64,000 nt of DNA from a virus, in the IMG/VR virus record IMGVR_UViG_3300045988_144737; one strand, written 5' to 3'. Every line of letters starts with the position of its first letter. Position 1 is the first letter of the stretch. The translations under genes and the position numbers were made by a program. Below, one piece after another: positions 35,226 to 46,158 of the stretch. Below the pieces are notes generated by a model. That model made no database searches and was not told the origin of the DNA. It saw only the letters and a program-made list of their open reading frames with translations.

Positions 35226-36131
35226 ACCATTTGTTGATGACATTGTTATTAGTTGATATTGAATTGTTTGGACTCCGTCTCTAATCTCCTCTCGAACACG
35301 TTGTTCAACAATAGAATCTAGGTCAGTTGTAATATCAATTGACTCGCCAACACTTGCCAAAATATCCATTGCCTCCTTCTCAACTTGTTCTCTAATTTTT
35401 TGTCTACTAATATCAACAAAAGGAGCTAAATGAGATAGCGTAAAAGAATTTCCTCCAAATTGAGATGATGACACTTGTGTAATCACTTGTGTAGCAATAG
35501 TACACGCAGTTTTGAACGAATGTGGTTTTTCTATTTTTACTCCGCTAATTACAGTTCCGTTTTGCAACATATCCTCAAGATTAATCAAACAACAATTTGT
35601 CAATGGCATTGTTGGGCTGTAATCCATATCATGAAAATGAATCAATCCTTCGTTGTGCGCATTGACAATATCTTTTGGTAAAATTATCTTTTGTGCCATT
35701 TCCTTACAAGTAAATCCAGCTAGATAATCTCTCATAGTCGAAACAATACGAGTATCTTTATTACTGTTCTCTTTATTGGCTTCATCATTTGTTCCATTGA
35801 TTAGAGATTTTATTTGATTATATTTTTTATCCAAATCTTTGTTTAATTCACGAGATAATTCTCTCTTATATCTATACCGAATGAACGCTCGAGCAACATC
35901 AACGTACCCAAAATCACAAAGCGTACTCTCTATATTATTTTGGATTTCTTCGACGTTAATATCATCATTCATTTTTTTAATCTTAACATACACACTACGT
36001 AAGACCTTGTTAATGTCTTTATCAAATACATTTGCTGAACCGTAAACTTCTTTAAAAGCCTTTGTGATAGCAACTTCTATTTTAGTTACATCAAATTTTA
36101 CTTTTCTACCATCTCTTTTTGTTATTTCCAT
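35226..36131 (-). CDS. nrdD: Anaerobic ribonucleoside-triphosphate reductase, exon 1
   Basis: ATP-cone start MEITKRDGRKVKFDVTKIEVAI. Ends ..YQLITMSSTNG, which joins to QSPF.. of exon 2. Confidence 0.85.
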
Positions 36132-36351
36132 AACGTTCCTCTCTTTCTTTTAATATAAAATTAAGCAACCAATATACCATTGCTACGAACAAAACAATGG
36201 CTAACAAAGCAATGACCAAAGGAAATATTCCATACGCACACACAATTATAAATAGGTCGATAATTAATATTGCGACAACAAACGATAATATAATTCGAAG
36301 CCACAAACCTATACCCCACAATTCTTTAAATACTACGAATATTTCTCTCAC
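36106..36351 (-). CDS. Small membrane protein
   Basis: 81-aa ORF with two or three hydrophobic helices. Confidence 0.55.
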   Translation of the reverse strand: MREIFVVFKELWGIGLWLRIILSFVVAILIIDLFIIVCAYGIFPLVIALLAIVLFVAMVYWLLNFILKEREERYGNNKKRW

Positions 36352-36354
36352 ATT

Positions 36355-36624
36355 CTATAACCTCACAAGAATATTGTCTACTTTATCATATACATCGATA
36401 TAGACTTCTTTTGCATTTCCATTGTTTGTCACTTCAAACAAACAATTATCTACATTTGTTGCTATGATGGCTTTATTGTTTTGCAATGTTTTACAAGCCC
36501 AAACAATAAAAGTATTAAAATTATCAAAAGGAAAACTATCATCATTTTCATATTTTTCTTTGTAATAATCCCAAACAAGTTCTGTTGCAATGTTTAAAAA
36601 CGTATCTCCATCCATATTTATCAC
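36355..36624 (-). CDS. Hypothetical protein
   Basis: 89-aa ORF in the operon. Confidence 0.6.
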   Translation of the reverse strand: MINMDGDTFLNIATELVWDYYKEKYENDDSFPFDNFNTFIVWACKTLQNNKAIIATNVDNCLFEVTNNGNAKEVYIDVYDKVDNILVRL

Positions 36625-36887
36625 TCCTTATCTAATTCAATGCCTTCAATTTCTGCTCTAATTTTTAAACAACGAATATAGTTACCCATATATTTCTTTT
36701 GCTCTTTCAATAATTCTAATGAACATTTTGGTGTAAATGTCAATGTACCAGCCTCATATTTGACTGTCATCGCATCCAATTTATCATAACGGATTTTTGC
36801 TTGAAAATACTCACCTCTAAACCTTTCTTTATAATCGTTGCTATTCATCATTTCGATTGTATCTTCTAGTTCTATGATTTTTTTCAT
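36621..36887 (-). CDS. Hypothetical protein
   Basis: 88-aa ORF with an AAGGAGG RBS. Confidence 0.6.
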   Translation of the reverse strand: MKKIIELEDTIEMMNSNDYKERFRGEYFQAKIRYDKLDAMTVKYEAGTLTFTPKCSLELLKEQKKYMGNYIRCLKIRAEIEGIELDKE

Positions 36888-36897
36888 TTTATCCTCC

Positions 36898-37242
36898 TTA
36901 TTGTTCCCATGATATAAATATTTCTTCTTGTATATCCATCGTATTGATTACTCTTACATAATAATATTTTTTCTCAAAAAAGTCAACAACTTTTTTAATA
37001 GCCTCATTTGTTGCATTATTATCGTTTGACACATATATGCTTGTTGATAACTTTCCGCTTTTTGCACTATTAAAAATGCTTTCGCTCGCTAATGTAATTA
37101 ATCTAGCACTTTCTTTTTTGTATAATTCCAAATATTTTAATTTTGATATAGCTTTCATATCATTTGCATTTGGAAAATTATCAATATCAATACTCTTTTC
37201 ATCAGCAATGTTATCGACTTTTGTTGTTACTTCTTCTAACAT
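36898..37242 (-). CDS. Hypothetical protein
   Basis: 114-aa ORF that starts at the helicase stop. Confidence 0.6.
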   Translation of the reverse strand: MLEEVTTKVDNIADEKSIDIDNFPNANDMKAISKLKYLELYKKESARLITLASESIFNSAKSGKLSTSIYVSNDNNATNEAIKKVVDFFEKKYYYVRVINTMDIQEEIFISWEQ

Positions 37243-39465
37243 TTAATTCTCCTCCTTCAACAACCCACATAAAAATGTTTGGCGTGCTTGAACACCACTT
37301 GTTCGTGTGGCGTGTATTAAAGCATCTGTTTTAGCACAAAGAATACATCTTTTCTTAGCTCTAGTAATCATTGTATATAGTAATTCCTTATTCAATAATT
37401 TATATGCTGTATAATCTAACGCTCCAATCACAATATCTCTTTGAGAACCTTGAAATTTATGGCAAGTAATTGCATATGCCAAATCAATAGAATCAAACAT
37501 TTTATAATCAACTTCGACTTCTCCACATAAATCAAAGTCACAAACAAATGAATTGTTTTTATAATCAATTGAAATAACTTTGCCTTGATAACCGTTGAAC
37601 ACATCCACAAGACCATCGCTTGTCTCAATCTTTGTTTTATTTTTTGTGTTAATAATTCTATCTCCTACATATATAGAATAATCCTTGTTAATTTGTAGTG
37701 GTTTTCCTTTGATATAGGCATTGTCTAATAAATATTTTTGAATATGTCTATTAAGGCTTAAACAAGACGAATCTCCTTTATTTCGCATTGGTGAAATAAT
37801 TTGTATTTTAGATGTATCTTGAGTTGCTTCTACGCTCTTTTCATAATATTTTAAAACATATGGCAATGTCAATTTGTTTTCAGCATAGGTTTGTAATAAA
37901 AAATCTTTCATTTCTCCTCTAATGTCATTTCCATAAAAATCATTAGAACATAATTGCTCTTTCATTCTTACCTTTGTAGCCTCTGTTATAATGGCGGACT
38001 TTTTAGCTTGTCTAAATATTTGCGTAAATTCAACTACTGGAACAACTCCACTATTAACAATATCTCTAAATACCGAACAAGCACCAAGCGATTCTAATTG
38101 TGCTAAATCACCTAACATAATTAGTTGTTTTCCGTCATCGATAGATTGTACCAATCTGTAAAATAACTCCCCATCGACCATAGAGCTTTCGTCAAGAATA
38201 ACGCTATCCATCAACGGATTATCCCTATTCTTTAACCATTCTCCGCCATCCCCAAGACCATATCCTAATAATCTATGAATTGTTGAACCATCTTGCCCCA
38301 CAACTTCACCTAATCTTGATGCAGCCATGCCAGACAAAGCAGTTAAATTATAATATTCATTAGAACAAGAAATAATACCTTTTACAACAGTTGTCTTTCC
38401 AGTACCAGCAGGAGAGTTAATGGCTAAAACATTTTTACTTAACGCTAATTTAATTGCATTGGCTTGCTCATCACTATATTTAAACCCTTGCTCTTCTTCT
38501 ACTTGAGACATTCTTTTATTAAATTCTTCTACTTCATCTTTACTCATTTGTCTATCTTGCTTTAACAATCTCATCAATTCACGACAAATACCCACCTCTA
38601 AATTCCTAGTTTTAACCATGGATATTTTAGTTCGCTCCTCGTTTCTCCATACAATGTTTTTATCAACCAATTCATCCAAAGCGTCTCGTGTCGATAAAAT
38701 AATTTTTTTCTTAGTTTGCTCATCTAAAACTATATCAGGAAATAATGTATAAACCTTATCTACAATTTGTTGCGAATTCAACCATGTGTCACCGTTACTA
38801 TTACTTTCTAGTAATGTGTGCATAATATATCCCCCAATTCGATATGTGCTAAATTTCTTAATGCCGACTTTTAATGCTATTTCATCAGCTTTAGCCCAAC
38901 CAATTCCAGGAACATCTATAATCAACCTATAAGGGTCGTGCTGTATCATATAGACCGCTTTTGACACATCTGGATAAATATTAGCTATAGTTTTAATAGT
39001 GTTCGCAGTTAAGCCATATTGGCTCATAGCACTAATAAAACTAAAATATTTTTTATTAAGCGTAAATCTTTCAATTAACTTCTTTGCACTAGACTCTCCA
39101 ATCCCCTTAACCTTAGTAATTGAATCAATATCTTCGCTCGCTATAACTTCGATTGGATTATCATACACCTCTTTAAATGATTTAATTTGTCGAGGGGTTA
39201 AAATAATTCCCAAAAAGCTATCAACATTCATCTTATCAACATCGATTGACTCATTAACAAAAACAATGTCTACTTGTTTTCCATACTTTTCATCATTAAC
39301 CCAATTTCCAATAAGCGAATAAACAACGTTTGATTTTGGTTCTGGAAATATCCCTTTCGCAGTAAACGTTTCATTGCTTTCAATATCGAGAAGGGAATAG
39401 ATGCCCCAATCTCCTTTGCGATATACTATTTTCTTAACGTATACACTTGTTTTAATTTCATTCAT
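37243..39465 (-). CDS. RecD-like SF1 DNA helicase
   Basis: HhH motifs (VKGIGESSAKKL, VPGIGWAKADEI). Walker A AINSPAGTGKTT, Walker B VILDESSMVD, then MLGDLAQLESLG and ITCHKFQGSQ. Confidence 0.9.
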   Translation of the reverse strand: MNEIKTSVYVKKIVYRKGDWGIYSLLDIESNETFTAKGIFPEPKSNVVYSLIGNWVNDEKYGKQVDIVFVNESIDVDKMNVDSFLGIILTPRQIKSFKEVYDNPIEVIASEDIDSITKVKGIGESSAKKLIERFTLNKKYFSFISAMSQYGLTANTIKTIANIYPDVSKAVYMIQHDPYRLIIDVPGIGWAKADEIALKVGIKKFSTYRIGGYIMHTLLESNSNGDTWLNSQQIVDKVYTLFPDIVLDEQTKKKIILSTRDALDELVDKNIVWRNEERTKISMVKTRNLEVGICRELMRLLKQDRQMSKDEVEEFNKRMSQVEEEQGFKYSDEQANAIKLALSKNVLAINSPAGTGKTTVVKGIISCSNEYYNLTALSGMAASRLGEVVGQDGSTIHRLLGYGLGDGGEWLKNRDNPLMDSVILDESSMVDGELFYRLVQSIDDGKQLIMLGDLAQLESLGACSVFRDIVNSGVVPVVEFTQIFRQAKKSAIITEATKVRMKEQLCSNDFYGNDIRGEMKDFLLQTYAENKLTLPYVLKYYEKSVEATQDTSKIQIISPMRNKGDSSCLSLNRHIQKYLLDNAYIKGKPLQINKDYSIYVGDRIINTKNKTKIETSDGLVDVFNGYQGKVISIDYKNNSFVCDFDLCGEVEVDYKMFDSIDLAYAITCHKFQGSQRDIVIGALDYTAYKLLNKELLYTMITRAKKRCILCAKTDALIHATRTSGVQARQTFLCGLLKEEN

Positions 39466-39482
39466 ACAAAACTATCTCCCTC

Positions 39483-41104
39483 CTAATATGACAAAGTAGT
39501 CCACGCTTCAACTAACTCCTTTTTTTCATCAGTATCTATCCATTTTTCTTTACCTTTATCAGTAACTATTTTTTTCTTCTTAAACTCTTCTTTGAATGTA
39601 TTGACCTTTATTATACTATTTAACTTAAATGGTTGTTTTAGAAAATTAAATCTATTTTTGGTATTCGTAGAAATAATTTCACCATTTTGCAAGTTATATA
39701 ATTTCATATAAGGTTTACATTCATCTCTATAAGTTTTATACTCCACTACATAATAAATTGATTTTAAATCATTGTTTGAATAAACAATATTTCCAACAAA
39801 GTCACTTTGAACTCTTAATATAAGTTTAAGCGGTATACTTTTATTTTCAATCTCTTTTTCTATATCTTTTAAAAACGAAATGCAATCAAACTCACTATAT
39901 CTTTTTGGTGTTTTTTTATTACAATATTGACCAACCTTTTCAATATCTACTTCATATGATTTAATTATCTTCTTTTCTTTTGGAGCATACTTTAGTTTAT
40001 ATTCGCTATCAAAAACAATATTATCACTCGTTGAAAATTGTTTCTTATTATAAAATCTATCAAAATAATCTAAAATTGTCAATAACTTTTGTGACTTTCC
40101 AAATTCTTCAAAAAAATCTAACATAATTAATATTTTTAACATTCCAAAATTAATAGACTTGATTTTTAATAATTCACATAACAAGTCAACAAAACTATCA
40201 TACTCATTGTTTCTCAATAAATACAAATCATCGCCAACTTGTTCCCCGATACTTTTTATATTCGACAATCCTTTATAAATCACTTTACTATCTTTATCGA
40301 AGAAATAAAATGATTTAGAATATCTAAATTTCCAATTTGCGAATGTAATACCTACACCTTTGGCATAGTTAGTAATTCTCTCAACTTTCTCATGATTGTC
40401 GCCAAAAATATTCATAAAGGTAGTAATAAACTCCAACGGATAATAATATCTTAAATAACCACAAATATAACCAATACAAGAATAAGCATCAGAGTGATTA
40501 AATGAGAAACCATATGAACTCGCATCCAATATAGCTTGAATAAATGGTTTAATAATTTCTTTACATTTTGTAACAGGAACATTATATTCTTGAGAAGTAT
40601 ATGAAATAAATCTACTTTCTATTTCTGGCAACAAAGATTCAGTGCCAGATTTTTTACTAATTGCTCTTCGAACATTGTCTGACTCCGCCATCGAATATCC
40701 ACAAAATTTTACTAAGAACATCATAATTTGTTCTTGCATTACTAATCTACCTAATGTTGGACTTAAAAAATCATCTAACTCTTTTAAACCATTGTGATAA
40801 AATTCTCCATTGGTTGCCTCGTCTCGAAAACTCGCACAACCAGGTCTGATTAGCCCGTTAGCAAAACTCATTAATTTGATTTTAGAGATATTTTGATTTG
40901 TCTCCTCTATTTTTGATAACGTTTTTTCACTAAACATATTTGATAATGTTTTATATCCTAATGGGGATTCCATTTGGAATATTCCAATGGTATCTCTAGC
41001 AATATCTTTCCAAACTTTTTCATCCTCTAAATCTACATTATCAGGAGTTAGTCTGGGTATGTTGGCTAATTTACAAGTTTCATTAATTAGCCCGATGTTA
41101 TCTA
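39483..41104 (-). CDS. dnaE: DNA polymerase III alpha (DnaE-type), exon 2
   Basis: The frame is open upstream of the listed Met. ..DNIGLINETCKL...DTIGIFQMESPLG.. matches the DnaE motifs LGL-RNLTxI and TxGVFQLES. Confidence 0.8.
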
Positions 41105-42466
41105 CAAATTTGTTACACTATGCTATTTTATAATATTTAATAATTTGTTTGTAATGTTATCTTTGTAACTTATTCTCTCTAGTTTAATGTTGTGTTTGCA
41201 TAATAATTTTTCTTTAAGTTTATCCCTATATTGACTATTTAAAAATTTTTGCTTATTTTTATGAAAATGTTTACTATATCTAAAATGTTGATTTCCATCA
41301 AACTCAATTACCAAATTTAAAGACTCGATATAAATATCTACAAACATATGTTTGTTTGTTTTGTCGTTGACCCACCAATCCCATGTTTTTTCTAATTGAT
41401 ACTTTATATTTTTTTTCATCCAACATTTTAGTAATAATAATCATGCCACTACTCATATTTCCATAAGAACGATAATTGTTTCCAAACAATTCAAATAATT
41501 CTTCTTTATTAAAATAAGTTGAAATAGCTTGATATGTAAATTCACATTCTAAATCAATAACATATTTAGATATGAATCCATATAAATTATAGCATCTCTT
41601 TAATTCCTTTAAAATATGCTCTTTCCCATAAACTTTATTTTGTGGTTCATATCCCAATTGTTCAATCATATCATTCCAACCATCAAAATACTTTCTTATA
41701 GTGGCACTACTATAAGAACCATGTTGTTTATATATTCCATAATCAACCTTATTAAAATAGTTAATTACTTTCAACACGTCTTCAATCAATTCATCTTTAG
41801 ACACATTCTTAGGGGTATTGATTTTCAAATTATAACTTTTTAACAAGTTGTTATAACCTCCAAAAATTCTTCTTACCGTGCTACTATGAACGCCATATTT
41901 TATCAAAGTATCTTTTTTTATTGGAATATTATCAACTATCATTTTCGAGACAACATTGTCAATAAACTCTTTATCAATTTCATTATATTTTTTTAATTTA
42001 ATTCCTAATTCTTCGCAAACTTTCTTAAATCCTCCGTATTTGTTAAAATGCCATTGAGCATTTATATCTAAACCGCTATCTTTACTAAAGTCTTTTAAAT
42101 ATACATTACCCTTTTCTTTATAAATTTCTAATAATTTTTCACATAACAATTCTTTTGTTATTTTCACAATCTATCAATCACCTTAATTATTTTTTTTGCA
42201 TAGTGGATAAGTCATTTCTGCTTATCTCTCATGTTTTTCACATGATGTTCAGACTATATAATTCACGAATATTATTCGCTAGTGGGGTTTTTATATACAA
42301 TCACTTGTATATAAATAAGATATTCTTATAGTCGTTGAGGCGGAACTTATCGTGCCTGCTGATTACCCATTGTTACATACTTTGAATTGTCACTTTGTTT
42401 CAAGTATCAAAGCCTTTAGGGCTTCCCAGCATATAACCCACTTTTACTTGGACTAGTAAAACGTCA
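41105..42466 (-). mobile_element. Group I intron in dnaE carrying a frameshifted HEG
   Basis: (-) sense guide CTA-GTCCAAG (42456-42447): GTCCAAG pairs with the exon-1 end CTTGGAT (42473-42467, G-U at the splice site) and CTA pairs with the exon-2 start TAG (41104-41102). nt 41105 is G. The splice restores the frame (..KLDILG-L-DNIGLI..). Confidence 0.65.
41123..42167 (-). pseudogene. Intron-encoded homing endonuclease split by a frameshift in an A8 run
   Basis: Four HEG-associated helical repeats (..(F/Y)GG(F/Y/W)..) in 41304-42167, plus a Vsr/DUF559-like nuclease core (..FVDIYIESLNLVIEFDGNQH..) in 41123-41419. The frames meet at A8 (41409-41416). Confidence 0.6.
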
Positions 42467-44108
42467 ATCCAAGAATATCAAGTTTCACATACCCCATATG
42501 TCCTATTTCGCCCATATTGACACAACTGACGGGGTACAAGCTATCCTTAGTAGTAAATGTACCAAACTCCCTAAAAATGTTTCTATCACTAATTATTGAA
42601 CCAGCAGGATGATTTCCTAAAGAAACAATTGTACCATTTAAGATATCTACCATTTTAAATTCGTTAGGGTACATCTCCCTATACTTATCTAAACTATCAT
42701 CTTCCGTAGAATTAGCAACCATACTTATAACATCTTCACCATGGCCAAAAGTTGGAAACACATCTCTAATTGCTCCCTTAAGTGCAATGGTATTAAATGT
42801 TACAATTTGGCAAGTATATAATTTAGGATTATTTAATTTATCTTTTAAAATAAATTCATCAATTCTCTTTTTGTCCTTTTCGTAATAATCGCTATCAATA
42901 TCAGCCAAAGTCACACGAGATGGATTGGCATATCTAAAGAAGTTTAAGTCAAACTTAATACTATTCATTTCTGTAATATCCAACAAATAAGCAATCATTG
43001 AGCCAGATACAGAACCACGACCAGGTCCGCAAAAAATACCATTTGACTTTTCCCAATCACGAATATATTTTTGCAATAAAGTAAAGTCAATTAAGTTTGT
43101 TTTTTGATATATTGATAACTCCTCATTAATTCGATGTTTTAATACATCATTAGGAATATCTTTTATATATTCCCATTTGTCTTTCATTCCTTTTAAAATC
43201 TTTTGTTTCAAAGTTGTTAAAGGGTCATCACTTAATTTTGGATATTTAAACGAAACATCAATTTCATATTCTTCACAACCATTAACCAAAGTATGAGTAT
43301 TTTCAATTCCCTCATAAACATATTTCATATCGATTCCAGTTTTTTCAAACGCATTAATCAATTCATTATAATCCTTAAAGCACAAATCCCAACCATCTTC
43401 ACTATCAAAATGAATTTTTTTTCTTTGTTGCAAAGTTTTTCTACCCTCAAATGAATTTTGGTCAATGCAATGGGTGTCAGTTCCAACAATTAAAGGTATA
43501 CCAAATTTATTATGTAAAGCAATTAATTGTTTGTTGTAAGTAATTTGCTCCTCGACATTATGATGTTGAATTTCTAAAAAACATCTATCTTTGTTATCAT
43601 AAAAGAATTTTATCATCTTTTTTTTCATACTTTCACTTGCACTTGGTGAAATTGTGCCACCCAAACATGCTGATGAAAAGTAGAAATTATCACTTAGATT
43701 TAATAATTCATCAATAGATATCCTTGGATAAAAATAAAACCTTACGACATCATCAATAACTTTAACATTTTCTCTATTAAAACTCTTGCTAACTAATTCA
43801 TTTAATTCATAAAAAGCCTCTTTGTTCTTACAATAAATACAAATATGTCGATTATCCCTAATCAATTCATCATGAGTTTCAGTGATATATGCTTCAATCG
43901 CATGAATATATTTCAATCCTTGTTTTTCAGCATATGTCTTTTTATGATACCAAGATAACAAATTTCCATGTTCTGTAAAGACAATTGACTTCATTCCACA
44001 CTCTTTTGCCCTATCAATAAATTTCGTATAGTCATCTATTGAATCGATAATTGTTGTTCCGTTTGACAATTGTGTATGACAATGAATAATATTATAATTA
44101 TCTTGCAT
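42467..44108 (-). CDS. dnaE: DNA polymerase III alpha (DnaE-type), exon 1
   Basis: PHP domain start IIHCHTQLSNGT..FTEHGN. Ends at the conserved ..GYVKLDILG(L). Confidence 0.8.
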
Positions 44109-44134
44109 TTTTACACCTCTCTTTTTGACAATAT

Positions 44135-44896
44135 TTATTTTTGAATTATATATCTACACTTTTGCGACAAGGCTTTTTTAGATTCTCTATATTCTCCTTG
44201 CGATTTAATATATAACACTTCGGTTCTAATGCCTAATTCTTTACAAGCAATTTCATAATTATAATTATCTTCTTGTTTAGCAGTTCCAATAACTATAATT
44301 ATATAAAAGTTTTTATATTTATTCAAGATTTGTAATAATATTTTTCTACAATGCTCTAAGTCATTGTCTTTTCTAATTACAACCCTTAAATGTGGCTTTG
44401 TTTTATAGTCAATACCTACATATTCATATGAATATGCTATCCTTTTATCGTCAAATGTAAAACCATGATTGTGAACACCATCGTTAACATTCTTTCTTAG
44501 CTTACGAGAACTGCTAGTTTCAATCCAAGGAGAGTTTGGCAATAATCTGCTTTTAGCCAATTTAACATGGGTACTACGACAAAAATATTTATTCCCATTG
44601 CTAATATAATAATTACCCAAAGCATTGCTTAATCGTGTTCCAATTCCCAACCCTTGATAGTCAGGCAACACAACTAATCTATGCTCTCTATAACCATTCT
44701 TTAATGTACCACTCGGTATTGGCAACACGCTATCCATAGCAACGATAACCCCATTCCAAGTAGCAATATACATCTTGCAAGCGTTGTTTAAGTTTACACT
44801 TAAATAGTGATGGTTAGCAAACAATCTCCAAAGCGATTTGTTTGTTGTTTCGTACACTTGCAAGGTAATAACTCCCCCAGCGCTTGACCACGACAA
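44135..44896 (-). CDS. GNAT-family acetyltransferase domain protein (possibly a fusion partner of the upstream ATPase)
   Basis: Acetyl-CoA motif LVVLPDYQGLGIGTRL. The only upstream start is a weak TTG at 44896. The first ATG lies inside the fold. Confidence 0.6.
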   Translation of the reverse strand: MSWSSAGGVITLQVYETTNKSLWRLFANHHYLSVNLNNACKMYIATWNGVIVAMDSVLPIPSGTLKNGYREHRLVVLPDYQGLGIGTRLSNALGNYYISNGNKYFCRSTHVKLAKSRLLPNSPWIETSSSRKLRKNVNDGVHNHGFTFDDKRIAYSYEYVGIDYKTKPHLRVVIRKDNDLEHCRKILLQILNKYKNFYIIIVIGTAKQEDNYNYEIACKELGIRTEVLYIKSQGEYRESKKALSQKCRYIIQK

Positions 44897-45531
44897 TCAT
44901 AAATCAATTCCTCGTCTAAATCAATTACAATACTAGGTTGTAAAAAATCTATGTAATCTTTATGACAACTTACAAATACAACATTGTGTAAATCATGCTC
45001 TTTAATATACTTACCCAATCCTTTGGCACAACTCTTAGCAACATTTCTATCAATTGTTGATGTAAACTCATCAAAAATAGTATGGCTATCAATATTTAAG
45101 GCAACATCAGCTCTAAATCCCTCTCCAACACTTAAAACATTTCTAGGTCTACACCATGTAGGAATTGAATTTAACCCGACACTTGTTAGTCTGTTAGTCG
45201 CATCTTCGACGCTTTTAAAATTACTAATTAATGCTTTGGCATTGTCGTATTGTTTGTTTGTAAATTTTGCAAATGTTAATGTTTGTGCTAATGTACTTTT
45301 ACCACTACCGCTTGCACCGCAAATAACAATACTTTGAATATCATTGCTTTTATTAATCTCATTAATTAATTCTTTTGGTAACTCATAAGGATAAAATTTA
45401 CTTGTACCATCAAAATCATAATCAAAATTATTTTGAATTGCATTTGTAAAATCATCTATTGGTACTTTTGATACCAAGGGTTTATCGCCTCTTTTAATGT
45501 TGGCAATAACCTTACATTCATTATATTTCAT
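44800..45531 (-). CDS. ABC-type ATPase domain protein
   Basis: Walker A GASGSGKST, signature-like LSVGEGFR, Walker B TIFDEFTS, H-loop VSCHKD. Confidence 0.7.
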   Translation of the reverse strand: MKYNECKVIANIKRGDKPLVSKVPIDDFTNAIQNNFDYDFDGTSKFYPYELPKELINEINKSNDIQSIVICGASGSGKSTLAQTLTFAKFTNKQYDNAKALISNFKSVEDATNRLTSVGLNSIPTWCRPRNVLSVGEGFRADVALNIDSHTIFDEFTSTIDRNVAKSCAKGLGKYIKEHDLHNVVFVSCHKDYIDFLQPSIVIDLDEELIYDCRGQALGELLPCKCTKQQTNRFGDCLLTITI

Positions 45532-45577
45532 TTTTTAATTTCCTTTCTTTTTAAATTAATTTTCTTTCTATGTATAT

Positions 45578-45606
45578 ATAATAACCCTCAACTAAATATA
45601 AGTCAA
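45578..45606 (-). promoter_or_regulatory. Sigma-A-type promoter
   Basis: (-) sense TTGACT (45606-45601), 17 nt, then TATTAT (45583-45578). The -35 is part of the imperfect inverted repeat AACCCTTGAC/GTTGAGGGTT. Confidence 0.55.
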
Positions 45607-45632
45607 GGGTTATTTTGAAAATTTGTTTAAAA

Positions 45633-45869
45633 TTATTTGAATTTTTTACAGCACCCACAATTAGAATTACCCGATAAACGCTTATTAATAAGTTCAAAGT
45701 CATTTTGATTAAATGGCAATATAATAATTGGAAGGTTTTCTAATTTAATATCGCCATTTTTTATTTGTTCTAAAGATTCCTCGAACAAATGAATTATATT
45801 TTCAAAATCTTTTATCGAACTAATCTTGTTCAAGTTATAAAACGACATATTTTTATTAGTCATCGTCAT
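45633..45869 (-). CDS. Small hypothetical protein
   Basis: Start at MTMTNKN (45869), after a GGGAG RBS. C-terminal CGCC. Confidence 0.55.
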   Translation of the reverse strand: MTMTNKNMSFYNLNKISSIKDFENIIHLFEESLEQIKNGDIKLENLPIIILPFNQNDFELINKRLSGNSNCGCCKKFK

Positions 45870-45888
45870 TTTCTTTTCACTCCCTTTC

Positions 45889-46143
45889 TTATTTTTTCTT
45901 TCCCATATCTTCAACAAATTTACGTGTACTAGCATGGTCTTGAACATTACATTCATTAATTGACGCTATACAATTTCGTACCGTTGTAGTCGTTATATTA
46001 ATAATTTTATTTCCTATAAGCCCAATTGCATCATCGTCATATAAAAATGTATAGTTAGCCTCATACAAAATAGATGTAATTAGCTTTGGAAGTTCAATAT
46101 ACAAATCAATCTCGCCCTTGTCTTGAAATTCTCTTTTAATCAT
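45889..46143 (-). CDS. Small hypothetical protein
   Basis: 84-aa ORF with an AGGAGG RBS. Confidence 0.6.
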   Translation of the reverse strand: MIKREFQDKGEIDLYIELPKLITSILYEANYTFLYDDDAIGLIGNKIINITTTTVRNCIASINECNVQDHASTRKFVEDMGKKK

Positions 46144-46158
46144 AATAATATCCTCCTT

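Noticed and set aside
41105-41125. Alternative dnaE 3' splice sites, after G at 41118 or 41116, giving ..LGLTFCNKF.. or ..LGFNKF..
   Set aside because: They either lack a U-G wobble at the 5' splice site or create a stop or a worse match to the DnaE LGL-xN(L/I)xxI motif. The 42467|41104 join satisfies P1, P10, omega-G, frame and homology together. This is still unverified without cDNA.
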